Positions 45,635 through 56,657 of a stretch of 64,000 nucleotides of DNA are shown one piece after another (the first letter of the stretch is position 1; the number at the start of each line of letters is the position of its first letter). A model generated the notes under the pieces. It saw only the letters and a list, made by a program, of their open reading frames with translations. It searched no databases and had not been told where the DNA came from. A program made the translations under genes and the position numbers. This DNA comes from TPA_inf: Saccharomyces (lineage: Eukaryota), in the NCBI GenBank assembly GCA_000146045.2, contig BK006942.2, positions 160,001-224,000 on the forward strand. Reading direction: 5' to 3'.

Positions 45635-46507
45635 ATGAGCTTTATGGATCAAATCCCAGGAGGAGGAAATTATCCAAAACTCCCAGTAGAATGCCTTCCT
45701 AACTTCCCGATCCAACCATCTTTGACCTTCAGAGGTAGAAATGACTCGCATAAACTGAAAAACTTTATCTCCGAAATAATGCTAAACATGTCTATGATAT
45801 CTTGGCCGAATGATGCCAGTCGTATTGTGTACTGCAGAAGACATTTATTAAACCCCGCTGCTCAGTGGGCTAATGATTTTGTACAAGAACAAGGTATACT
45901 TGAAATAACATTCGACACATTCATACAAGGATTATATCAACATTTCTATAAGCCACCAGATATCAATAAAATCTTTAATGCAATCACGCAACTTTCCGAA
46001 GCTAAACTTGGTATTGAGCGTCTCAACCAACGATTCAGAAAGATTTGGGACAGAATGCCACCAGACTTCATGACCGAAAAAGCTGCCATAATGACATATA
46101 CTAGGCTATTGACAAAGGAAACCTATAATATTGTCAGAATGCACAAACCAGAGACATTAAAAGACGCCATGGAAGAGGCTTACCAGACAACCGCACTAAC
46201 TGAAAGATTCTTCCCAGGATTCGAACTTGATGCTGATGGAGACACTATCATCGGTGCCACAACCCACTTACAAGAAGAATACGACTCTGACTATGATTCA
46301 GAAGATAATCTGACCCAGAATAGATACGTCCACACCGTAAGGACAAGAAGATCTTACAATAAACCAATGTCAAATCATCGAAACAGGAGAAATAACAACG
46401 CATCCAGAGAAGAATGTATAAAAAATCGGCTATGCTTCTATTGTAAGAAAGAGGGACATCGCCTGAACGAATGTAGAGCACGTAAGGCGAGTTCTAACCG
46501 ATCTTGA
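45635..46507 (+). CDS. GAG3: Ty3 Gag3 (capsid, spacer, nucleocapsid with a CCHC knuckle), 290 aa
   Basis: The ORF frame opens at a TTG (45584). The ATG at 45635 (MSFMDQIPGGGNYPKL) gives 290 aa. CFYCKKEGHRLNEC is a zinc knuckle. The stop codon is at 46505-46507. Confidence 0.93.
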   Translation: MSFMDQIPGGGNYPKLPVECLPNFPIQPSLTFRGRNDSHKLKNFISEIMLNMSMISWPNDASRIVYCRRHLLNPAAQWANDFVQEQGILEITFDTFIQGLYQHFYKPPDINKIFNAITQLSEAKLGIERLNQRFRKIWDRMPPDFMTEKAAIMTYTRLLTKETYNIVRMHKPETLKDAMEEAYQTTALTERFFPGFELDADGDTIIGATTHLQEEYDSDYDSEDNLTQNRYVHTVRTRRSYNKPMSNHRNRRNNNASREECIKNRLCFYCKKEGHRLNECRARKASSNRS

Positions 46508-49500
46508 ACTCGAATCAAAAGACCAACAAACTCTTTTTATCAAAACCTTACCAATTGTACACTATATCGCCATCCCCGAGATGGACAATACCGCCGAAAA
46601 AACCATAAAAATACAAAACACGAAAGTAAAAACCCTGTTTGACAGTGGATCACCCACGTCATTTATCCGAAGAGATATTGTAGAACTTCTCAAATACGAA
46701 ATCTACGAGACCCCTCCACTCCGTTTTAGAGGATTCGTAGCCACCAAATCCGCCGTTACATCCGAAGCAGTCACCATTGACCTCAAAATCAATGACCTGC
46801 AGATAACTTTAGCCGCGTACATACTGGATAACATGGACTACCAATTGTTAATTGGAAATCCAATCTTACGCCGCTACCCGAAAATCCTGCACACAGTACT
46901 GAATACCAGAGAGAGCCCCGACTCCTTAAAGCCCAAGACTTATCGCTCCGAAACCGTTAATAACGTTAGAACCTACTCCGCTGGTAATCGTGGTAACCCC
47001 AGAAACATAAAACTGTCTTTTGCCCCCACCATTCTCGAAGCAACTGACCCGAAATCCGCTGGTAATCGTGGTAACCCCAGAAACACAAAACTGTCTCTTG
47101 CCCCCACCATTCTCGAAGCAACTGACCCGAAATCCGCTGGTAATCGTGGTGACTCCAGAACCAAAACCCTGTCTCTTGCAACCACTACTCCTGCAGCAAT
47201 TGACCCGCTTACGACCCTTGATAACCCAGGTAGTACTCAAAGTACATTTGCGCAATTCCCGATACCTGAAGAAGCGAGCATCCTAGAAGAGGATGGAAAA
47301 TACTCCAACGTTGTCTCAACCATTCAGAGTGTAGAACCTAATGCTACTGATCACAGCAATAAGGACACCTTTTGCACTTTGCCAGTTTGGTTACAACAGA
47401 AGTATAGAGAGATCATACGTAATGATCTCCCACCAAGACCTGCCGACATTAACAACATCCCCGTAAAACATGATATTGAAATTAAACCTGGCGCAAGACT
47501 ACCTCGACTACAGCCATACCATGTTACAGAAAAGAATGAACAAGAAATCAACAAAATAGTTCAAAAACTGCTCGATAACAAGTTCATTGTTCCCTCAAAG
47601 TCGCCCTGCAGCTCCCCTGTAGTCCTCGTCCCGAAGAAAGACGGTACCTTCCGACTCTGCGTCGATTACCGCACCCTGAACAAAGCTACCATCTCCGACC
47701 CATTCCCATTACCCAGAATCGACAACCTATTGAGCCGTATTGGAAATGCCCAGATATTTACCACGCTAGATTTGCATAGTGGTTACCACCAGATCCCGAT
47801 GGAACCCAAAGACCGCTACAAAACCGCCTTTGTCACCCCATCCGGTAAGTATGAATATACCGTCATGCCATTTGGCTTAGTCAATGCACCTAGTACATTC
47901 GCAAGATACATGGCTGATACATTTAGAGACCTGAGATTCGTCAATGTTTACCTTGATGATATATTAATCTTCTCCGAATCTCCAGAAGAACATTGGAAAC
48001 ATTTAGACACGGTACTAGAAAGATTAAAGAACGAGAACCTCATTGTTAAGAAGAAAAAATGTAAATTTGCATCTGAAGAAACTGAGTTTTTAGGCTATAG
48101 TATTGGAATCCAGAAAATAGCTCCACTACAGCACAAATGTGCAGCAATCCGAGACTTTCCGACGCCTAAAACAGTAAAACAAGCACAGAGATTTTTAGGA
48201 ATGATTAATTACTACAGACGATTCATTCCGAATTGCTCCAAGATTGCACAGCCAATCCAACTGTTTATTTGTGACAAAAGTCAATGGACAGAAAAACAAG
48301 ACAAGGCAATTGAGAAACTAAAAGCCGCCTTGTGTAACTCCCCCGTCCTAGTACCATTCAACAACAAAGCAAACTACCGACTTACAACAGACGCCTCAAA
48401 AGACGGCATTGGTGCTGTTCTAGAAGAAGTCGACAACAAGAACAAACTTGTTGGTGTCGTCGGTTACTTCTCTAAATCCTTAGAGAGTGCCCAGAAAAAC
48501 TATCCTGCTGGCGAATTAGAACTACTTGGAATTATCAAAGCACTCCACCACTTCCGATATATGCTTCACGGAAAGCATTTCACGTTAAGAACAGACCACA
48601 TTAGTTTGTTATCATTACAAAACAAGAACGAACCCGCACGACGCGTGCAACGCTGGTTAGATGACCTAGCCACATATGACTTCACCTTAGAATACTTAGC
48701 TGGACCCAAGAACGTTGTCGCAGATGCCATATCCCGTGCCATATATACTATAACCCCCGAAACATCCCGACCTATCGACACAGAAAGCTGGAAATCTTAC
48801 TACAAATCAGACCCATTATGTAGTGCTGTCTTAATTCATATGAAAGAATTGACACAACACAACGTCACACCTGAAGATATGTCAGCCTTCCGTAGTTACC
48901 AGAAGAAACTCGAACTATCAGAGACCTTCCGAAAGAATTATTCCCTAGAAGACGAAATGATCTATTACCAAGACCGACTAGTAGTACCAATAAAACAACA
49001 GAACGCAGTTATGAGACTGTATCATGACCATACCTTATTTGGAGGACATTTCGGTGTAACAGTGACCCTTGCGAAAATCAGCCCAATTTACTATTGGCCG
49101 AAACTACAACATTCGATCATACAGTACATCAGGACCTGCGTACAATGTCAACTAATAAAATCACACCGTCCACGCTTACATGGACTATTGCAACCACTCC
49201 CCATAGCAGAAGGAAGATGGCTTGATATATCAATGGATTTTGTGACAGGATTACCCCCAACATCAAATAACTTGAATATGATCCTCGTCGTAGTTGATCG
49301 TTTCTCGAAACGCGCTCACTTCATAGCTACAAGGAAAACTTTAGACGCAACACAACTAATAGATTTACTCTTTCGATACATTTTTTCATATCATGGTTTT
49401 CCCAGGACAATAACCAGTGATAGAGATGTCCGTATGACCGCCGACAAATACCAAGAACTCACGAAAAGACTAGGAATAAAATCGACAATGTCTTCCGCGA

Positions 49501-50132
49501 ACCACCCCCAAACAGATGGACAATCCGAACGAACGATACAGACATTAAACAGGTTACTAAGAGCCTATGTTTCAACCAATATTCAGAATTGGCATGTATA
49601 TTTACCACAAATCGAATTTGTTTACAACTCTACACCTACTAGAACACTTGGAAAATCACCATTTGAAATTGATTTAGGATATTTACCGAATACCCCTGCT
49701 ATTAAGTCAGATGACGAAGTCAACGCAAGAAGTTTTACTGCCGTAGAACTTGCCAAACACCTCAAAGCCCTTACCATCCAAACGAAGGAACAGCTAGAAC
49801 ACGCTCAAATCGAAATGGAAACTAATAACAATCAAAGACGTAAACCCTTATTGTTAAACATAGGAGATCACGTATTAGTGCATAGAGATGCATACTTCAA
49901 GAAAGGTGCTTATATGAAAGTACAACAAATATACGTCGGACCATTTCGAGTTGTTAAGAAAATAAACGATAACGCCTACGAACTAGATTTAAACTCTCAC
50001 AAGAAAAAGCACAGAGTTATTAATGTACAATTCCTGAAAAGTTTGTATACCGTCCAGACGCGTACCCAAAGAATAAACCAATCAGCTCCACTGAGAGAAT
50101 TAAGAGAGCACACGAAGTTACTGCACTCATAG
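45635..50132 (+). CDS. POL3: Ty3 Gag3-Pol3 polyprotein produced by a +1 frameshift (45635-46489 joined to 46491-50132; about 1498 aa). Pol3 comprises protease, reverse transcriptase, RNase H and integrase.
   Basis: The POL3 frame is open from the frameshift site to 50132. Motifs present: protease LFDSGSPTSFI, reverse transcriptase YLDDILIFS, integrase HHCC (H..H...C..C) and DDE. The order PR-RT-RH-IN is gypsy-type. Confidence 0.92.
46487..46493 (+). promoter_or_regulatory. Ty3 programmed +1 ribosomal frameshift heptamer GCG-AGU-U
   Basis: GCGAGTT lies 12 nt upstream of the GAG3 stop. Skipping A46490 reads GTT into the POL3 frame. Confidence 0.9.
46980..47213 (+). repeat. In-frame 78-bp tandem repeat (2 full copies and one diverged) within POL3, between protease and reverse transcriptase
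   Basis: Units at 46980-47057, 47058-47135 and a third from 47136 (diverged). They encode SAGNRGNPRN(I/T)KLS(F/L)APTILEATDPK, repeated. Confidence 0.9.
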
Positions 50133-50293
50133 GAATAGATACTACACACAAAACTTACTTATGTCACATGCAAGACGTAGACCCAACACTTTCAGTAGAA
50201 TACTCAGAAGCTGAATTTTGCCAAATTCCCGAAAGAACACGAAGATCAATATTAGCCAACTTTAGACAACTCTACGAAACACAAGACAACCCT

Positions 50294-50307
50294 GAGAGAG
50301 AGGAAGA
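50294..50307 (+). promoter_or_regulatory. Ty3 polypurine tract
   Basis: GAGAGAGAGGAAGA abuts the 3' LTR. Confidence 0.7.
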
Positions 50308-50647
50308 TGTTGTATCTCAAAATGAGATATGTCAGTATGACAATACGTCACCCTGAACGTTCATAAAACACATATGAAACAACCTTATAACAAAACGAAC
50401 AACATGAGACAAAACCCGACCTTCCCTAGCTGAACTACCCAAAGTATAAATGCCTGAACAATTAGTTTAGATCCGAGATTCCGCGCTTCCACCACTTAGT
50501 ATGATTCATATTTTATATAATATATAAGATAAGTAACATTCCGTGAATTAATCTGATAAACTGTTTTGACAACTGGTTACTTCCCTAAGACTGTTTATAT
50601 TAGGATTGTCAAGACACTCCGGTATTACTCGAGCCCGTAATACAACA
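50308..50647 (+). repeat. Ty3 3' sigma LTR (340 bp), identical by eye to the 5' LTR
   Basis: Base-for-base match to 45220-45559 on manual comparison. Confidence 0.97.
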
Positions 50648-50664
50648 GAACATATGAAATATCT

Positions 50665-50738
50665 GGTCTCTTGGCCCAGTTGGTTAAGGCACCGTGCTAA
50701 TAACGCGGGGATCAGCGGTTCGATCCCGCTAGAGACCA
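50665..50738 (+). tRNA. tI(AAU): tRNA-Ile, anticodon AAU, 74 nt (the Ty3 integration target)
   Basis: GGTCTCTTGGCCCAGTTGGTTAAGGCACCGTGCTAATAACGCGGGGATCAGCGGTTCGATCCCGCTAGAGACCA. A T7 terminator lies at 50741-50747. Confidence 0.95.
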
Positions 50739-50740
50739 TA

Positions 50741-50747
50741 TTTTTTT
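50741..50747 (+). terminator. Pol III terminator (T7) for tI(AAU)
   Basis: A run of 7 T lies 3 nt after the tRNA. Confidence 0.8.
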
Positions 50748-50922
50748 GTACAAATCTCTTCTACTACTGCTAAGACAGTAAGTAAGAAATACGAGACTCC
50801 AACAATGTACTTTTTTTTTGCTTTGTACTGCTCTATCGATACAAAAAATCCCTATAAAATAAACATATATATGTTTGCTGCAATGAGAATGGAAAAAAAA
50901 TTAAAAAAACTCACATATAATC

Positions 50923-52005
50923 TCAATAACGGCCATTTCTTTGGCTTTTGTTAGAAGATGATCGGCCCCTCTTATTCTTAGGACCCTTGGGGAAGTCGTC
51001 CCTATTATAGCTGAACTGGCTCGAATAATCGTTCGTTCTGTTGTTTTGGCTACTTCTGGGGAAATCTAAGGGGTGTGTCTGAACTCTTTTATTTTTCGTC
51101 ACTTTGTAGTTCTGTGCGCTAAATGGTGACTTCTTCTTCCTGTTATTACTGCTTTCATATCTATTATTGCTACTATTTTTGTTCCTTGTTGACTGCACTT
51201 TGCCCTTCCATTTCATTTTATCTCTATAAGTCCTTGAGCCAGGGAGGTCGTATGCATCGTCGTTATATTCATAGTCAAGCAGGTTGAATTCATGTTCGTT
51301 ATCAAAGTGTTGCCTTTGTGAAGCTTCACGTTTATAGTCTTTCAATTGGTTAAAATAGTGTTGTTTAAATTTTGTGGCTAAGTTATCACCGCAAAATGCA
51401 CTTCCATCAGTGTTCGGCACTCTCGATGACCTTCTTTCAGCACAGTCATCGCCAAAATGACCGGCATTCCCACAGTTATAACAGAAAACTGTTTGAAAAT
51501 CGAAGTCACCTTGGTTAGCATCTTTTGTTTTTAATAAATAAGATCTCCAAATACTAGGACATCTTTCTCTTGAGTGTCTTTTGCTATTGCAAAGCGTGCA
51601 GAACACCTTCTTCCATTTATGAGGACACTGTGATTTATAATGGCCGTTTGCATTACAATTAGTGCAAATAATAGCCTTAGGGCAGTGTTGTGAGTAATGA
51701 TCATCCATAAACCCGCAGTAAGTACATATCACATGGGGACAATTCCTTTTCAAATGACCTCTTTGCGAACAATTATTACACTTTGGCTCTGCCTCCATTA
51801 TCGCACCGTTTGAGTCATAATCTGTTATTCCAAAATACCGTCCTTGGCCACGTAAAGTCCTCAGTTCCTCTGGGTTAGCATCTACATCCTCTATGGAAGG
51901 AGCCAATAATTTATTAAATGATGACGAGTCACTTCCTGTCGGTGTTGTATCCTTCACATACGGCAAAGTATCGATACTTTCTACCTCAGATAACAATGTC
52001 GACAT
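50923..52005 (-). CDS. AIR1: TRAMP-complex zinc-knuckle RNA-binding protein, 360 aa
   Basis: Five CCHC knuckles are present: CNNCSQRGHLKRNC, CTNCNANGHYKSQC, CTLCNSKRHSRERC, CYNCGNAGHFGDDC and a further one. Confidence 0.92.
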   Translation of the reverse strand: MSTLLSEVESIDTLPYVKDTTPTGSDSSSFNKLLAPSIEDVDANPEELRTLRGQGRYFGITDYDSNGAIMEAEPKCNNCSQRGHLKRNCPHVICTYCGFMDDHYSQHCPKAIICTNCNANGHYKSQCPHKWKKVFCTLCNSKRHSRERCPSIWRSYLLKTKDANQGDFDFQTVFCYNCGNAGHFGDDCAERRSSRVPNTDGSAFCGDNLATKFKQHYFNQLKDYKREASQRQHFDNEHEFNLLDYEYNDDAYDLPGSRTYRDKMKWKGKVQSTRNKNSSNNRYESSNNRKKKSPFSAQNYKVTKNKRVQTHPLDFPRSSQNNRTNDYSSQFSYNRDDFPKGPKNKRGRSSSNKSQRNGRY

Positions 52006-52498
52006 AATATCTTAGCTCCGTGGTCCGCTTCCTTTGTATTCCTCATGTGAGAATGTTGGACCTTTCCCACTCATCGCATCGCTAATTTTTAGTAATTTTT
52101 CATTTTTTCATGGACCAAGAAATTGAAAAGCCTGTCAATGAGCTTTAACAGTAGCAAGAAACAAAGACAAAGGACAAGCGCCTATGGAAGTCACTTTAGA
52201 AATATTGAAGTCACATTTTCATATAATATATAAATGAATTTACAGATGTGCCATTGTATATGCTGACGCAAACGCTTTCTTTTTACTGTTTAAATGACTC
52301 TTACCTTGTGATATGTATAAATCATCATATACGGCTATCTTGCTAAAAAATTTTTTTCGAGGAATTTTCACTTGAAAAAAATACTTGCGATGGCAACAAA
52401 AGAAAGTTAGATAAATCGTGCATTAAATGATGTGTCATCTGAAAGATTACAGGTTAACGAAAAATTAACAGCTAACAGAGCAAGAAAATAAAACGGAG

Positions 52499-54703
52499 AT
52501 GAGTGCTAGTGAAGCAGGTGTCACTGAGCAAGTCAAAAAGCTGTCTGTCAAGGATAGTAGTAATGATGCCGTAAAACCAAATAAGAAAGAAAACAAAAAA
52601 TCCAAGCAACAGTCCTTGTACTTGGATCCTGAACCAACTTTCATCGAGGAAAGAATTGAAATGTTTGACAGATTACAAAAGGAATACAATGATAAAGTTG
52701 CTTCTATGCCACGTGTTCCATTGAAGATTGTCTTGAAGGATGGAGCCGTTAAGGAAGCCACTTCTTGGGAAACCACTCCGATGGATATTGCCAAAGGAAT
52801 TTCTAAATCTTTAGCAGACAGGTTATGTATTTCTAAGGTTAATGGTCAATTATGGGACTTAGATAGACCATTTGAAGGCGAAGCCAACGAAGAAATCAAA
52901 TTAGAACTGCTAGATTTCGAATCTGACGAAGGTAAGAAGGTCTTTTGGCATTCGTCTGCCCACGTCTTGGGTGAATCTTGTGAGTGCCACCTAGGTGCCC
53001 ATATTTGTTTAGGTCCTCCAACTGATGATGGGTTCTTTTATGAAATGGCTGTTAGAGATAGTATGAAAGATATATCTGAATCTCCAGAAAGAACCGTCTC
53101 CCAAGCTGATTTCCCAGGATTGGAAGGCGTTGCCAAGAATGTTATCAAGCAAAAGCAAAAATTTGAAAGATTGGTCATGTCCAAAGAAGATCTTTTGAAA
53201 ATGTTTCATTATTCGAAGTATAAGACTTACTTGGTACAGACAAAGGTTCCAGATGGAGGTGCTACTACCGTCTACCGTTGCGGTAAATTGATTGATCTAT
53301 GTGTCGGCCCTCATATCCCACATACTGGGCGTATCAAAGCTTTCAAACTATTAAAGAACTCTTCTTGTTATTTCTTAGGTGATGCGACAAACGACTCTTT
53401 ACAAAGAGTTTACGGTATCTCTTTTCCAGACAAAAAATTAATGGATGCTCATTTGAAGTTCTTGGCGGAAGCCTCTATGAGAGATCACAGAAAGATTGGT
53501 AAAGAACAAGAATTATTCTTATTCAATGAAATGTCCCCAGGTTCTTGCTTTTGGTTACCTCATGGTACTAGAATTTACAACACTTTGGTTGACTTGTTGA
53601 GAACCGAATACCGTAAGAGAGGTTACGAAGAAGTCATCACTCCAAACATGTACAACTCCAAATTGTGGGAAACCTCAGGTCACTGGGCCAATTACAAGGA
53701 AAACATGTTTACTTTCGAAGTAGAGAAGGAAACTTTCGGTCTAAAACCAATGAACTGTCCAGGTCATTGTTTGATGTTCAAGTCTAGAGAACGTTCTTAT
53801 AGAGAATTGCCATGGAGAGTTGCAGACTTCGGTGTTATCCACAGAAATGAATTTTCTGGTGCCTTGTCTGGTTTGACTCGTGTCAGAAGATTCCAACAAG
53901 ATGATGCTCATATCTTCTGTACCCATGACCAAATTGAGTCTGAAATTGAAAATATTTTCAACTTTTTGCAATACATTTACGGCGTTTTTGGATTTGAATT
54001 TAAGATGGAATTGTCCACTAGACCAGAAAAGTACGTTGGAAAGATCGAAACCTGGGATGCCGCTGAATCAAAATTAGAATCTGCCTTAAAGAAATGGGGT
54101 GGTAACTGGGAGATCAATGCTGGTGATGGTGCTTTCTACGGTCCAAAGATTGACATTATGATTTCTGACGCTTTAAGAAGATGGCATCAATGTGCCACCA
54201 TCCAATTAGATTTCCAATTGCCAAACAGGTTCGAATTGGAATTTAAATCTAAAGATCAAGATAGCGAGAGTTACGAAAGACCGGTCATGATCCATCGTGC
54301 CATTTTAGGGTCTGTTGAAAGAATGACTGCCATTTTGACCGAGCATTTTGCTGGTAAATGGCCATTTTGGTTATCACCACGTCAAGTTTTGGTTGTGCCA
54401 GTTGGTGTCAAGTACCAAGGGTATGCTGAAGACGTCCGTAACAAATTGCACGATGCTGGCTTCTATGCCGATGTCGATTTGACCGGTAACACTCTGCAAA
54501 AGAAGGTCAGAAACGGGCAAATGCTAAAATATAACTTCATTTTTATTGTTGGTGAACAAGAAATGAATGAAAAATCTGTTAACATTAGAAACAGAGACGT
54601 TATGGAACAACAGGGTAAAAATGCTACTGTTTCTGTTGAAGAAGTTTTGAAACAGTTGCGTAACTTGAAAGATGAAAAGAGAGGTGACAACGTCTTAGCT
54701 TAA
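52499..54703 (+). CDS. THS1: Cytoplasmic threonyl-tRNA synthetase (class II), 734 aa
   Basis: TGS and editing-domain N-terminus, class II core motifs (FRNE..., GPKIDI), and a C-terminal anticodon-binding domain. Confidence 0.96.
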
Positions 54704-54990
54704 TGAGATTTTATGTAGTTAAATTTTGACTTATTTAATTTATGTTTTGTAAAGAATAAAATGAGTATGATGAAGGAATCTTACCTCTATTAACTATTTC
54801 TTCTTTTTTTTTCCTTCGATAAGATGTGCGCGAATTCAATATGGAAGAAAGCAATTTGGTATGCAGATGGTGTTCACCGGCAGTGTTTAAGTTACGAATA
54901 TATAAAAACAAATTCAGGAACCCGCCGAATTTGGCCCAAACATATACCTATATACAAATTAGTGACCATACGCTATTATTACTCCGTCGT

Positions 54991-55953
54991 CTAGGAGCGG
55001 TTCCCACCATATCTCCCGCTCTGCAGTAAACGCTGATATTTGTCATCAGAAGAGGAATTATCGGTAGCATTACCATCGTCAGAAAATCCTGAGATAAATA
55101 TATCGGATTCATGATCCACTGAAGCATCTGATTCCTGCGACTGATCTCTACTGGTGTTCCTTATATTTTCCCATGATGAAGACGAACTGTTGTCGCCGTT
55201 CCTGATTTTTTCCCAGGAAGACAGAACAGGACTGTCGTTTTGCTCTCCTTCAATTGGGTCAGGAGATTTTCTACCCTTATTACGATACAATCCTATAGGA
55301 TCCCTTTGGTTCATAAAGGGCGAGCCGTTAAAAACTCCGCCTTTTTTCATTTGCTGCAGTTTGACTTTCGGGTCTGGCAATCTTCTCTCCGGATTTTGGT
55401 ACGTTATGTAAAAGTACATCGACCACCTTGAGGGGGAGCCTGAATCTAATAAGCGCATCATATTGTACTGCCTTTGATTTCTCGGAATTTCTTTTGTTTG
55501 ATCATGTTGAAAGGCTCCAAAGTCGTTGTCACCATATTTGTTGGAATAGTTATCCTTCAAAACACCTGTGGGGTCACGTTCGTTCAACTGTCGTGTATAC
55601 ATGGACCTACCAGCAAAATTTGTAGCAAAAAATAAAGCCATTACACCCAAGACAAAATTCCTCGGCACCTTAACACCTTTAATAGCCTTGGTCTTGTAGT
55701 AACGATAGGCAAATGGAGTTAAAAATACAGCTGAAAACCCAAGCCAACCACCCCACATCTCAGCTTTAGCAATGGATCTATAGGCCTTCGATAACTCCAG
55801 CCTGTCTCTTGCATCCAGCAATTCGTCTTTTTCATGAAATTCAATAGCATTTTCATAAGCCTTTTTAAACCAAGGCCTCTTCATAAAGGGTAGTTCATTT
55901 TCCATTCCCTTACCATTCTGGCCATATTGCTGTTCTTCTTCTTTTCCCAACAT
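54991..55953 (-). CDS. YIL077C: Mitochondrial membrane protein of unknown function, 320 aa (possibly RCI37)
   Basis: The frame is open to 55956 from a GTG. The ATG at 55953 gives 320 aa. There are two hydrophobic segments. Confidence 0.75.
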   Translation of the reverse strand: MLGKEEEQQYGQNGKGMENELPFMKRPWFKKAYENAIEFHEKDELLDARDRLELSKAYRSIAKAEMWGGWLGFSAVFLTPFAYRYYKTKAIKGVKVPRNFVLGVMALFFATNFAGRSMYTRQLNERDPTGVLKDNYSNKYGDNDFGAFQHDQTKEIPRNQRQYNMMRLLDSGSPSRWSMYFYITYQNPERRLPDPKVKLQQMKKGGVFNGSPFMNQRDPIGLYRNKGRKSPDPIEGEQNDSPVLSSWEKIRNGDNSSSSSWENIRNTSRDQSQESDASVDHESDIFISGFSDDGNATDNSSSDDKYQRLLQSGRYGGNRS

Positions 55954-56657
55954 CACCTTGTTCTACGCTTGAAATTAGGCTGCTCCTTAAAACGAAAATC
56001 ATATTAAGCATTGACACATAAAAAGTTCTGTTCTGCGTCAAAGTAGCATTAGCTCATAAGGCTTTCACCCTTGCTTGACTTACACCCGCGGAAATAAAAA
56101 CACAGAAAAAGAAGGAAATAATGTATAAACAAGTAACTATGAACGAAATTTCCTGTTACGGATTGTTACGCTAGCTATTAAAATTCGTCTCGTCAAAGAT
56201 CGACTGTAGCAGCGTGCTGCTGATGTCAAAGAATTGGGAGCCACAAGCTGGTGAAATGGTATCTGTCTTAGTACTCACAACATTCTAGGCTGCAAAAGAG
56301 GTTATACCGGAACAATAGTTGCTAAAATGGAATTCAGGAGATGGCTCCAACGCAACGATCAGGACGCCCGCTGATCTCACTCTTTAGTGTCCACACTATA
56401 TAGTAACATTACATTCAATTGGAACCGTAATGTTGTATAAAATCTTTTGTCTTGCTGTATAGGTGCGTATGCAGCGTCTTCAATGGGATAAAGATATTCT
56501 ATTTTTAATTTTTAAGGTGATCTTAATTTTTTGTTGGTTCTTTTTCAGTTTTTTGTCAAGCGAAAAACTACAGTTTCTACAGAAAAACACGTCAAGCTAC
56601 AGTATAAGAACGGATTGTGAAGAACTCGGTGGAGAACATAGAAACAGACAAAAAATC

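Larger units (their letters stand above)
45220..50647 (+). mobile_element. YILWTy3-1: Full-length Ty3 (gypsy-type) LTR retrotransposon, 5428 bp, flanked by the 5-bp target-site duplication GAACA
   Basis: Two identical 340-bp sigma LTRs (TGTTGTATCTC...AATACAACA) at 45220-45559 and 50308-50647. GAACA is at 45215-45219 and 50648-50652. Internal GAG3 and POL3 frames are intact. A primer-binding site and polypurine tract are present. The element ends 17 bp upstream of tI(AAU). Confidence 0.97.

Noticed and set aside
46926-47255. Three - strand ORFs of 70-109 aa with internally repeated peptide sequence
   Set aside because: They are antisense to the 78-bp tandem repeat inside Ty3 POL3.
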